Source: Octopus vulgaris
Taxonomy: Eukaryota
Direction: 5' to 3'
Assembly: GCA_951406725.2 (NCBI GenBank)
Contig: OX597822.1
Span: forward strand, 22,878,001-22,942,000
DNA length: 64,000 nt
The notes under the pieces: model-generated
Seen by the model: the letters and a program-made list of their open reading frames with translations, nothing else
Told to the model about the DNA's origin: nothing
Databases searched by the model: none
Made by a program: the position numbers and the translations under genes
In this document: piece by piece, positions 39,205 through 51,771 of the stretch
Layout of the letters: each line of letters starts with the position of its first letter
Position numbering within the stretch: position 1 is the first letter of the stretch

Positions 39205-39208
<4 letters not shown>
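38378..39208 (+). mobile_element. ~830-bp insertion bounded by 20-bp direct repeats, probably PLE-related
   Basis: ctccaagtaagttttgttat at 38378-38397 and 39189-39208; contains hairpins and CTGATGA/GAAA motifs. Confidence 0.55.
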
Positions 39209-39247
<39 letters not shown>

Positions 39248-39466
39248 TCATTTGATGGAAGAAATGTCGAAAATATATATGGAGTTGGAGACTTAATCAT
39301 GAAGAACTGATTTAATTTATTTATTCTGTTAATGAGCTAAACTTGATTATTTCTGCTAATCAATAGTGAAATTAATGTATTCTCAAAAACATTTAATTAT
39401 TATTGTTCAATATCAGTTTAATTAGATACTGTCTTTACATTTACCAATTTTTTATTTTTCTTCCAG

Positions 39467-39532
39467 ACTGATGATTTGGTGGAATCCCATCTTCTTAGAC
39501 AGAACCTCATCATTTCATACGGAATGTGTCAT
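39467..39532 (+). CDS. TMEM67: TMEM67 exon 7
   Basis: long pyrimidine tract then ccag|; TDDLVESHLLRQNLIISYGMCH (cf. 'LTSEWFAKYLQSSAAAC'); |gtttgt, phase 0. Confidence 0.75.
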
Positions 39533-42500
39533 GTTTGTATATATATATTCCTTTATTCTTTTACTTGTTTTAGTCATTTTAATTGTGGCTATGCTGGAGC
39601 ACCACCTTGAAGGGTTTTTTTAGTTGAATGAATCGCCTCACCCCCCCCCCCCAGTACTTATTTCCTTTTAAAGTCTGGTACTTGTTCTATCGGTCTTCTT
39701 GTGCCAAACTACTAAGTCATGGGGACGTAAACACACCAACACCTGTTGTCAAGTGGTGATGGGGAAACAGACACAGACACATGATGGGCTTCTTTCAGTT
39801 TCCATCTTCCACTCACAAGGCTTCCAAATTCACTCACAAGACTGTGATTGGCCTGAGGCTATTGTAGAAGGCACTTGCCCCAAGTGTCACACAGTGGGAC
39901 TGAACCTGGAACCATGTGGTTGGGAAGCAAGCAGTGTTGTATGCATTTTGCTTGACGATGTCATGTGATCTAACTCCATGGTCACATGATTTAAGTCTTC
40001 TATTTTATTTGTTTCAGTCATTTGACTGCGGTCATGCTGGAGCACCTTCTTTAGTTGAACAAATTGATCCCAGGACTTATTCTTTGTATGCCTAGTACTT
40101 ATTCTATCAATCTCTTTTGCTGAACCACTAAGTTACGGGTATGTAAACACACCAACATCAGTTGTCAAGCGATGGTGGGGGAACACACAGACACACACAC
40201 ACACACACACACACACACTTAGGGCTTCTTTCAGTTTCCATCTACCAAATACACTCACAAAACTTTGGTCAGCCTGGAGCTATAGTAGAAAACATTTGTC
40301 CAAGGTGCCATGCAGTGGGACTGAACCCGGAACCGTGTGGTTGGTAAACAAGCTACTTACTACACAGTCACTTCTGCACCTATAGCCATGTTTACAAATT
40401 TCTTCCCTTATGATATGTCTTACATGCAATTACAGATTTCTCTGGTTATCCAGTTACTTAAACCCAGTGGGAGTAAGAGGTAGCTTATGACTACATTTTT
40501 ACTTTGATAGACACTTTACTGTGAGATTACATTAACACTTTACCCGACCTGTTTATCAATTGTAATCCGCAGGACATATTTCCCAGTTGTCCATGCATCA
40601 TATATAATATACATTCCCAATTTTTTTCAACCACAAAAGTAACTTGAGACTTATGAGAGGAAAGCTTTATATTGCTCAGAATGTATGAAACAAGGACAAA
40701 CTAAATCTGAAAGCAAGCATTGATGTTTAGGGCAGACTTATGAAAATGCTTTGGACAAGAAAAAGGGTTAATGAACCTGAATAAGGCCCTGTTTTCAGAA
40801 AAACAAAGCCAATCTAATTGGTGGTAATAATTTTCTGTAATGGATGACGTAACAAATATATTTGGGTTATTGAGTTGCGAATTTTTGTTCTGTATTAGTG
40901 TAGAAAGTTATTGTAAGTGGGTGGAATCTTAGGTGAGTGTCTTCCACTATAGCCTTGTGCTGCTAAAGCCTTGTGAGTGGATTTGGTTAAGGGAAACTGA
41001 AAGAAACCTGTCATATATATGTAAAAAAAAAAAATGCCCCCCCCTCTTTTCGTCATGAATGATAATGGGATTGCACCTAGAAAGATCCCTGCCGAGGCAC
41101 AAGTCCAGGCAAGGTTGTTTATGGAAGACCAGCAGTCACCCATGCATACCAGCCTCCCTTCTCCACGCCACTGATGTTATTCAAGGAAAAGGCAAAGTTC
41201 CAAGACAGCTTGGAACCAGTGATAGCGCAACTCATTTCTATAGCTGAGTGAACTGGAGCAACATGAATAAAGTGTTTTGTTCAAAGGACACAACACGCAT
41301 CCCAGTCCGGCAATCAAACTCACTACCTCATGATTGTGAGCCCAACCACTGAGCTGTGTGCCTTCATATGTGAATGTGTGTGTGTGTTGTTATCTAGATA
41401 TCACATGATGGTTGTAAACGAGCATCTCTGTCATTCAAGCAAGGTTGTTCAATTCCAGTCCTCTGTGAAAAACATGAACCATAGAGAAATATTACCATAT
41501 TCAGATGCCGTGCCGGTAGCATGTAAAAAGCACCATTCGAGCATGATCATTACCTGTGTCGCCTTACTGGCATCTGTGCTGGTGGCATGTGAAAAAATAT
41601 TTGAGCGAGGTTGTTGCCAGTGCCGCTGGACTGGCTCCTGTGCAGATGGCACATAAAAAGCACCATTTGAGCGTGGCCATTGCCAGTACTGCCTGACTAG
41701 CCCTTGTGCCGGTGGCATGTAAAAGCACCCGCTACACTTTTGGAGTGGTTGGCGTTAGGAAGGGCATCCAGCTGTAGAAACTCTGCCAGATCAGATTGGA
41801 GCCTGGTGCAGCCATCTGGTTCGCCAGACCTCAGTCAACTCGTCCAACCCATGCTAGCATGGAAAGTGGATGTTAAATGATGATGATGATGATGAGATAC
41901 AGGTGAGGATTGGCAACAGGAAGAGTATCTAGCCATAAAAAATCTTCAACAAATTCTGTCTGACCCATACATGCATGGAAAAAGTTTACATCTGTTTATC
42001 ATCAACATCATTAATGATGATGACTAGATGTAAAACTAATCCCACCATATTAATAATGTAGATTTTGACCTTCTGACCTGTTATCCTCTTTGTCATGATT
42101 TTTTTTTTACTGTATCCAATGTCTTTTATTGTATAGCAGAGCACAGGCACTTAATGTGGATTGTCTATGAGTTATAGAAGATATAAATATTTATCTGTCT
42201 TAACCATAACCATCACTCAAACTGACAGGAGTAATATGATTGACAGCTGCATGCTAAGCATATTGTTGTTGATAATGACCATTCATAAACATTTACTTAG
42301 AAAGAAAAAAACTAAAACACGTGTATGTCTGTGTATGGGCAATTTGAAAATAAAAATAAAACCAAATGTCTAAAGGATGTACACAGTGAATGTATAAGGT
42401 TGACACTCAGTTTAAGATGGCGAAAAGATGGTGGGGTAATTTTCTGAGCATGGGTTTTTGTCAGTAGGAGGAGAAAGGAAAAATCCAGAGAGATGGAAAA

Positions 42501-43573
42501 AAAGTTCAAGAAAAGCACGTTCAAGTGACTGGAAGTGGGGACAGAAAAAGTGGGGTCTTTTTAAGGCAAGAAGTGTGATAATGGTGTGTGTGTGTATGTG
42601 TGCATGTGGTAGTATCTGAGTGCATGTGTGTTTGTGTTTATGTGGTACTGCAGACAGTTTAGCAGCAGTAGTTATGTAGTTGTGATTTTGTTATGAGTTC
42701 TTGAGAATCAAGGCACATGGACTTGTAGGATGCCAGAAATGGCAAGGTATGATAACATAGAGCTCATATTGAAATAAACAACTTGGAATACGTCAAATGT
42801 TGGTAGGATACTATAGACAGGCGAAGTGATGTTAACACTTTGGGTATGCATCATTACTCCAAGTGAAACGATGAGAGGTTCTGATGAAGGATTTATTTAA
42901 ACAGTCACCTGAGGAGGCACATTTTACATTTTGGATGTATGATAATGATTGCACATCACCTCACCAATCTACTAAATGTGTAAAAATGTGTTGAAACAAT
43001 TGTAGTGATTTTAAGTAAAGAATGTCGCTCATACCATCTATCATTTATCCAGTTGTATAAATTGTATGGAAATTGTGAAATTCTTGATATATATCCAGTA
43101 GCAGGAATATTTCTACTGTATGATGACATCAGGTAGCCAATAACTATGGATGAGCTTTGCATAGCATACTACATACTTATTTAACTGTATATGTATATAT
43201 ACACACACACATTCTTTTATTCTTTTACTTGTTTCAGTCATTTGCCTGCAGTCATGCTGGAGCACCACCTTGAGTGGTTTTAGCCGATCAAATCGACCCC
43301 AGGACTTACTTTTTAAGCCAACACACCAACACTGGTTGTGAAGCAGTGACGGGTGGGACAAACAGACACAAATACACATATATAGATATATACATATATA
43401 TATGTTGGGCTTTTTCCAGTTTCCATCTATCAAATTCTCTCACGAGGCTTTGGTCAACCTGAAGCTACAGTAGAAGACACTTGCCCAAGGTGCCACTCAG
43501 TAGGACTGAACTCAGAACCATGTGGTCTGAAAGCAAGCTTCTTACCATTCAGCCACACCTGCGCATATGTACG

Positions 43574-43607
<34 letters not shown>

Positions 43608-44181
43608 TTTCATAATTGGTAGAAGTTACAAAGTAACTTAAAAGCTGAGAGCTTCCTGCATGATATCTTGTGATGGTTAACGAGTGTCACCATTAAAACA
43701 AATAATGTCATTCATTTCTAATCTTCCATGCAAACATCTCTAGTCTTGAGGAAATGTTACTTTGCTTGGAGACAAATGAAGGTAAAAGTAATCATGTGAG
43801 GGAAGGCTATCTGGCTGCACAAAAATCAGTTTCAGTCTTATTCTATCAGATACAAGCATGCATGGAAGAGAGGACACTAAAATGTTGATGATGATGATAT
43901 ACATGACAAACTTCCACACAGTTTCCACCTCTCTTCCAAATTTCATTCACAAGGCAATTTGAAACCAATAAAGAAGACACTTGCCCAAGCTACTGTTACA
44001 TGGGCTTGAAACCAGAACCTTGTGGTAGTAAAGTAGACCTTTAAACCATACAGCTTATAGCTTCATCTATATTAGTAATTTTTGTGCATATATCACTTAC
44101 TGAAGAATCAGAAGTATTATGGCTTCTTGACATATATTTAATTATCTAGTTATTTTCTTCATAATTTCTCTTTATTTACAG

Positions 44182-44354
44182 GCCAGTTATTTTAACAGCA
44201 CAGCTTGTCAGTCCCTGGGCAACATGTGTGTTCTGCTTTATGCTACCCACGTGGTGCGTAAATTAAGCCCACAAATCCAGGCGTGCACTCTGTTTCGGAA
44301 CTTGTCAAAGCTGGCAAAACCACCTGTTAATGAAGAATATGACGTTGGTGATTG
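44182..44354 (+). CDS. TMEM67: TMEM67 exon 8
   Basis: ASYFNSTACQSLGNMCVLL...ACTLF...DW contains the meckelin hallmark N.T.CQ.LGNMCV; TG|gtaagt. Confidence 0.95.
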
Positions 44355-45174
44355 GTAAGTATTTTTGATTTTGGATGTCATTACCAGAATGCTCGGCATT
44401 TGGAAGCATGAAAAGATTAGTTTGTTTAAGGTAAGAGATAATTAGTTAAAGAGGGGAAAGTTCATGTTCTGTAACTGAGTCTACATTGTGTGTGTGTGTG
44501 TAGAACTTGTGGAAGAGGGAGACCCAGGAAGACAAGGGACAAAATACTGAAGGCTGATCTCAAGATACCAAGTTTTACAAAGAAGATGACTAGGGGCCAA
44601 GATATCTGGTGCCTTGCTGTATTCGAGAAGACCTGTCCACCTCTGCAGAATTGGTACCAGTGCTGGTGCCACATAAACAGCATCCAACTTGCTCTGTAAA
44701 ATGGTTGGTGTTAGGAAGGGCAGCCAGCCATAGAAACCATTCCAAAACAGACAGTGGAGCCTGGTGCTGCACCCAACTTTACTAGCTGTCCAATCCACCA
44801 TGTAAGCATAGAAAACAGATTCTAAATGATGCTGATGATATATATATATAACTAGTCTTGATGCATATGTGCATATATATGTATGTATACGTTTGTATAT
44901 GTAAGTATTCATATGTTGTATTTATTTATATATATATGTATTTATGTTTCTCTCTGTGTGTATTCCACTGTCGAGGCAAAGCATTCCTAAATGCAAATCC
45001 AGAAATCCGGGATCTGGAATTATCCAGTAATTTTTTTTTGTAGTTTCATCTTGTCTCTTTGTCTTCTCTCCATGTTGCTATATGAACACTTAAGGTGGTT
45101 TTAGAGTCAGATCATGGCTGCTATTTTCAGCATCGTGGTATCTCATAGATACCCTAATTTATAATTTTAATAAT

Positions 45175-45208
<34 letters not shown>

Positions 45209-46210
45209 GTATATGTGCAGGCATGGCTGTGTGGTTAAGATGTGTGTTTCCTAAACAAATAGTTTTGAGTTCAATACCTCTACATGGCACTTTGGGTAAA
45301 TGTCTTCTGTTGTAGTCCTGATAGAAGAGACCTGATAGATAGAAACTGAAAGATCCCTAGTGTGTGTGTATATCTATATGTACATACACACATAGATCTT
45401 TGTGTGTGTTTGTCCTTGACATTATGTCATAGTTGTAAACAAGTGTCACCCTCATTTGAGTGGTGTCCTTTGTTTCCAGTATGTGTAATCATGCCCAGGC
45501 ATAGGGAAATATAACCTTGCTTAGTGATGTTTGATAAACTTGGAGAGCTAAAACAAAAATCTTTAAGAGGTGAAAAAGAAAATCTAAGAGATAAAAAAAT
45601 TAAGGATAAAAAATAGAATCAGTCCTGCCAGGATTTGAGCCCAGAACATGAAACACAATTTGGAATTAACTCTTAATACATTCATTTAAACTCTTTAGCA
45701 TTCAGATTACTTTGTCAAATGTAGTACTTATTTATTCACATTGTTTTTAATTAATTATGTATTATCTTGTAGCTTTGAGATTTCAGTAATATTTATTTCT
45801 TTATTGCCCACAAGGGGCTAAACATAGAGAGGACAAACAAGGACAGACAAAGGGACTAAGTTGATTACATTGACCCCAGTGCGTAACTGGTACTTATTTA
45901 ATCGACCCCGAAAAGGATGAAAGGCAAAGTCAACCTCGGTGGAATTTGAACTCAGAACGTAACGGCAGACGAAATACGGCTACACATTTTGCCTGGCGTG
46001 CTAACGTTTCTGCCAGCTCACTGCCTTAAGAGATTTCAGTAATTTGATTGCATATTTTTAGGATAATATTGTATGGTAGGTGCGAGAGGCCAGATCTAGT
46101 TGATTTGAACATAAAGCAAGTAGAATGTTTTGGCCTGATATGGCCGGTTTAAATGCTAAAGGGCTAAGATGTCACCCTAAGTAACTGAATTTTAACTTTT
46201 GTTATTACAG

Positions 46211-46454
46211 GCCGTACAACATGCCTTGGCTGTATTATTCCTCGTTGACCGTGAATGTACTGAATAGTCCTAGTTTACCAGTTGAGTTTACTGTGAAACC
46301 ACCTACGCAGCTTAAGTTCCTTGTTGTAATGTATTCATTTGAGGGTAAATATCTGGGGATGAAGAGCGTCCGCGGTGGTCTTTTGCAGCTATGTAAAATG
46401 AACGATGTGAGGATGGATGCAATTTGGACTTTTGGAACAACATATTCAAGCACG
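46211..46454 (+). CDS. TMEM67: TMEM67 exon 9
   Basis: (W)PYNMPWLYY...LKFLVVMYSFEGKYLG...GGLLQLC...FGTTYSST has the hallmark motifs PWL.Y, GG.LQLC and FGTTY; |gtagga. Confidence 0.96.
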
Positions 46455-48499
46455 GTAGGAAAAAATGTTTTGGTATTCAGAATTAGATTTTATGAGCCAT
46501 ACTATCAATGTTTTGTTGTTTTTAATGTCCATTTCCCCCAATCTTGTATGGGTCAGTGTGATTCTTTTGATGGAGATGTTCTGCGGCTAGATGCCCTTCC
46601 TGTCCCTAGCCCTCATTTTCCCAAGTAAGGTTATGTTTCCCTATGGCCTGATATAATTTTTAAGGAAGACTGGAAATGAACAACATTGATGATGATGCTC
46701 ATTTATTACAACCACCACATGGAGTCAAGACAAGGGTATATGTACATATCTGTGCACACATACACACATTCATTCACATGTTTTTATACCAGGCTGAGTT
46801 AAAAGTTTTTTTCCTATTTCAAGCTTTAATTAATATGAAAATGTTTACTCATCAAAATATATCCTATTATATTCTATTGTTTGAGGGTCCACCCAAACGG
46901 CTCATCAATATAATTTTTATCTTGTTCCTGCTCTACCCTGATCACACTCATCCCCTATTCTAAAATGTGAGTAACCATGTAGCAAGAAACCTACTCTGCT
47001 CTGGGCCCCTTCTCTCATACTTTAAACCCTCATCTCCGAGCATAAAGCTGCTCCCCTTGCAAGCTGCATGGCAATCTCACTAGTGTTGGTAGGATGAAAA
47101 AAAGCACCTTGTATATGTTGTAAAGTGGTGGACATTAGGAATGGAATCCAGCTGTTGAAACTTTGCCAAAACTGACATCAGAGCATAATGCAGTCTTTGC
47201 ACCTTTTAAACCTTGTCAAACTACCAACCCACGCCAGCATGGAATTAAATGATGATGATGGTTTTTATATCAGGCTATTATTATTAGAAAGCAAACACTT
47301 GAAGGGCTTTATGCTGAAGATAACCAAAAACCTTTTAAATCCAAGCTTCCCTACCTTTTGCATTTCATTTTCCTCTGGCAACTTTTTGATCATAAATTTC
47401 CATCCTAACCTACTGTTTTTGTTCAGTAGAGTTTATGCCTCTGTAATAATCCTTTAAATTATAGGCACAAGGCCTGAAATTTTGGGAGAGGGAGCAAGTC
47501 GATTACATTGACCCCAGTACTCAACTGGTACTTAATTTATTGACCCTGAAAGGATATAAGGCAAAGTTGACCTCAGTGGAATTTGAACTCAGAACGCAAC
47601 GATGGGCAAAATACCACTAAGCATTTCGTCCAGCGTACTCTTTTACTTGTTTCAGTCATTTGACTGTGGCCATGCTGGAGTACCGCCTTTAGTCGAGCAA
47701 ATCGATCCCAGGACTTATTCTTTGTAAGCCTAGTACTTATTCTATCGGTCTCTTTTGCCGAACCGCTAAGTTACGGGGACGTAAACACACCAGCATCGGT
47801 TGTCAAGCGATGTTGGGTTGACAATCACACACACATATATACATATATACGATGGGCTTCTTCCAGTTTCCAAGGCTTTGGTTGGCCCGAGGCTATAGTA
47901 GAAGACTCTTGCCCAAGGTGCCATGCAGTGGGAATGAAACCAGAACCATGTGGTTGGTAAGCAAGCTACTTACCACACAGCTACTCCTGTGCCACCTTCC
48001 ATCAAAGTTTCAGTTTATGTTGAAAACACCAGTTTAATAATGACAAAATTTTTTTAGAAAATTCTTTGTTATTTTCAAAATTAATTCAAATAAATATGAT
48101 GAATTTCAATAGAAACAGAGTAACAAAAAGGTTAGGTTCAGATAATACTAGCAATGAAAATAAAACATAAAGTTCATCGATATTTTTACATTCCTAATAT
48201 AAACTAAAAATTGAGTGTTGAGGGCTGTAAAGCAAAGCTAAGCTGCTACAGTTTTCATTTAAGACAATTATTCATTTTAGCTAATTATGTTGCAAATACT
48301 CTTTAAAAGAATGTATGTGACCACCACACAGTTTCATTTACTATTTTCTTTGGATCTGAAATCCTTGATGTATCAAATCAATATGCTTGTTTTTATATGA
48401 AGAATTTTGGCGTTTGATATGTGGCTGTGATAATTTTGTATTTGGTCAGTCTTTTCTTATAAAGCTGAACATTTTAATCTTTTCATCTTTTTATTTCAG

Positions 48500-48563
48500 T
48501 GTTACTTGAAGTTAAGGGATCTCTTTGACAACCAGACTTATCCCTTGATTTTCTATGATCTTT
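48500..48563 (+). CDS. TMEM67: TMEM67 exon 10
   Basis: tttcag|; CYLKLRDLFDNQTYPLIFYDL(Y) (cf. 'PIFYDVY'); followed by U12 donor GTATCCTTT. Confidence 0.9.
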
Positions 48564-50964
48564 GTATCCTTTGCTGAATTCTGAAGATCTTTCAGTAGTT
48601 TCTCAATGTTTTAAAATTCTTGCATTTAAATGGATTTGTGGAGGAGCTTCTACACAGCTACTGAGCCTATTCAATATAGCAAATGTAACACTAACATTTT
48701 TAACACCAAACTGCCAGATACTGTTCTTGGTTCTACAATGCAAACTTCCTGTTTTAAAGTGAACTAAATTAAAGCTTCTCATTGAAATGTCAAGTTAATT
48801 TATGTTAAGAAAATTCCCCCTAAAACTAATTTAATCATGACAAAAATTACTAATTTTTTTATTATTTTCAAAACTGATTGAAACAAAGGCAGTATATTTC
48901 AACAAAAATATGGTTACAAAAGGGTTAATATTGCATTAAATCTTGTGTTAAATCTACATATAATTGTTACTTTGAATATTATTATTATTATTATTGTTGT
49001 TTTAAAATAAAACATGGTCCATTGTCTTCTGCTGAACCGGGGTTATCCCTTGACCCTAGGGTTACAGCAGGTCCTCATCTCACGGAAAGTACACGGTGTA
49101 AAATGTGTGCCGAACCTAGCAACACTATTTTCTGAAGTTCTCCCACATTAACACTGTAGGGGAGTTTGTTGAGCTGATTATCAAGGCCCTTTTTAATTAG
49201 CCCTAACACTCCAATCACCACTGGTGCTGTGCTGTGCTGCTTTTCATTCCCCACGTCTTGGTCACTTCTATTTCTAGGTCTTTGTACTTATATAACTTCT
49301 CAACTTCTTTAATGGACACATTTCTCCCTGATGGTACTGTCACATCTATCATCAAGCATTTCTTATTCTTCTCATCTTTGATGATTATGTCTGGCCTTTT
49401 TGCCTTGATTTCTTTATCGGTGTTGATTGGCATGTCCCAGAGTACTGTTACATCATCTTTTCCGGTCACAGTTTCAGGTTTATGCTGGTACCATCTTTCT
49501 GAAGTTGGAAGCTGGTAGTGTTTACATATCTTCCAATGGATATATTGCGCTACTCTATTGCGTCTATGAATGTATTCGATTTTTGAAAGCGCTGTGCATC
49601 CAGTTAAGATGTGGTCCACTGTGACACATTGGCAGAATTGGTTGAGCATCGGACAAAATGCCTTGCGGTATTGATTCCACCTCCTTGGAAATCCATGACG
49701 AACTAGTTGAGTGGTAGACTTAATCCATTGCCTAGTTTAACTCCATTACTTTGCACCTTGTATACCTTTACTAAAAAGTCCACTCTGTTGCAAGCATTCT
49801 GGCCAGGCACCTGTTTTGAGGATACTGTCCTTCCTTCCTTCCTCCTATCTGTCTCAGAGGCCCTGTAAAAAGTCATGGATACTGGGTTCCCTTTTCACTG
49901 AAAATTTCCTTTTTAAAATTGAAAGACACAGCATTTTGGAACTACTGGTATATTTTAACCTTGTGACTATCACAACAAAAAAATTTAAAATGAAAAGAAA
50001 TTGTGTTAATATATTTACTGTCCTGTTCACTGATCATTACAGCTAACGACATATTGCCATCTCCTGAAGTCATAAATATTTGTAAGCCTCATAGTGTCAT
50101 TATCACTCTTTATTTTAATGTTCTACTTTCTGCAGTAGTTATTGGTAGTAGACGTCATATATATTGTGATTTACTGTTTGTATCCTACTTTTAAATAGGT
50201 ATGTCATGTTCTTACAGATTATAAAAGTTAGGTTCTGGTGGCAAGATGTGCTTCAAGCTGTAAAACATTGCTTCAAAAACACAACTTCAATTAGTGTCAT
50301 TATAGGGATGTGGTGGTGGGAATGGAAAAGATTGTCATAGTGCCTACAAGACTAACCTGGGCTTGAGCAGGAGAAATCGTCTTGTCCTTTTAATGCTAAT
50401 CCACCTCAGACTACTTCTAGTTCTATGATGCAACTTTCATTTGATTAAACCTTTGATTAAAAATTCTTGAATGTGGTGCCCCAGCTTGGACAAAATCTAA
50501 TGACTGAAGCAAGTAAAAGATAAAAGGTTGTACAACCTCATTCCCTATCTTCAATAAATCTGAAGTCTTAGTGTACAGAGGCCTTAATATGAATTCGATA
50601 TGTTTTATGTTTATTTAATTTTTTTTTTACTTGTTTCAGTCATTGAACTGTGGCCAGTCTTGAAGGGTACTTATTTGACCCCAGCTCTCTTTTCTTTTTT
50701 TAAAGTTTGATAGTTATTCTGTTATTTTATTTTGCCAAACTGCTAAGTTATTGGGATATAAACAAACCAACACCAGGTTGTCAAACAGTGGTGGGGAACA
50801 AACACAACACAGAAACATGTATATACACACACACACATCTGCACTCGCACACTCAAATTTTTCCAACTTGTAATTGATAGAAAGCCATTATTCTTGTATG
50901 TTAATATTATATTTGTTTGTCTGTTTTTTTTTTTTTGGGGATATTTCCTTAATTATTTGATGAG
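48564..50964 (+). other. U12-type (minor spliceosome) GT-AG intron of TMEM67
   Basis: 5' site GTATCCTTT; branch motif TTTCCTTAAT at 50944-50953, about 12 nt before AG; no polypyrimidine tract between branch motif and AG; phases fit (T|AT = Tyr). Confidence 0.9.
48978..49650 (-). mobile_element. 3' fragment of an R4/Dong-like LINE with restriction-like endonuclease, inside the U12 intron
   Basis: C..C...TVDHILTGC zinc knuckle, RPDIII...IDVTVP...EK..KY.DL REL motif; ends in (TAA)n. Confidence 0.85.
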
Positions 50965-51060
50965 ATTTGCGGTACTCTGACAATGGTGAGGAGAGGCTGT
51001 ATGCCATTCCCATTGTTATTGAAAACCATGTTGGAGAAAATAACATCAGAGTCAACAAAG
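50965..51060 (+). CDS. TMEM67: TMEM67 exon 11
   Basis: U12 branch site TTTCCTTAAT then gag|; (Y)LRYSDNGEERLYAIPIVIENHVGENNIRVNK(G) (cf. 'YLEY.D...AVPV...VN'); G|gtctgt. Confidence 0.88.
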
Positions 51061-51550
51061 GTCTGTTTTAATAGATGCATCATCATCATCATCATTTAGC
51101 ACCCATTTTCCATGCTGACATGAGTTAGACGATTTGACTGGAGTTAGTAAGACAGAGAGCTGTACCAGGCTCCAGTCCGTTTTGGTTTGGCTTCTATGGC
51201 TTGATGCCCTTCCTAATGCCAACCACTTCACAGTGTGTATTGGGTGTCTTTTACATGTCACCGGCACAGGTACCATATATATGTCACCAACACTGGGCAT
51301 GACTACAATATCACTTACCTTGACATGTCTTCTCAAGCACAGCAAATCACCAAACCATGACTATCATCATCATCATCATCATCATTGCCATCACCATTAT
51401 CATTAGAATTACCAGCATCATATTCATCACCATTCTTCTCCTCCTTCAATGTCTGTCTTCTATGCTAGCATGGGTAGGTGTGAGAGGCTGGATCTGGCTG
51501 GTTTGAACATAAAACAGGTATAATATTGCAGCTGGATATGACTGGTTTAA

Positions 51551-51771
51551 CCCTTTCGTTACCAACCCTGCCGAAACCAGCTCTGGCTCTTTAGTACAAA
51601 TGTCTTGTTTTCATAAGTTTTGAATTAAAATCTGCCACCAAACCTTAGTCACAATTTATGTTCCTAACACTAGCTTAGTGATAACTAAGTTATTTTACTA
51701 AATTCTTTGTTATATTTAAACTAATTGAAAGAAACACAGAGCATCTCAAAATAAATACAGTAACGAAAGGG
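51551..51771. mobile_element. piggyBac-like MITE (other copies ~27303-27512 and ~35961-36181)
   Basis: TTAA TSD; TIRs ccctttcgttac / gtaacgaaaggg; nested in a TTAA of a second ccctttagcatt-type MITE family (copies ~30348-30523, ~45690-46163, ~63184-63403). Confidence 0.85.

Noticed and set aside
41503-41760. Repeat-spacer array resembling CRISPR
   Set aside because: Eukaryotic context, no cas genes, degenerate repeats; it is the retroelement 3' UTR hairpin array.
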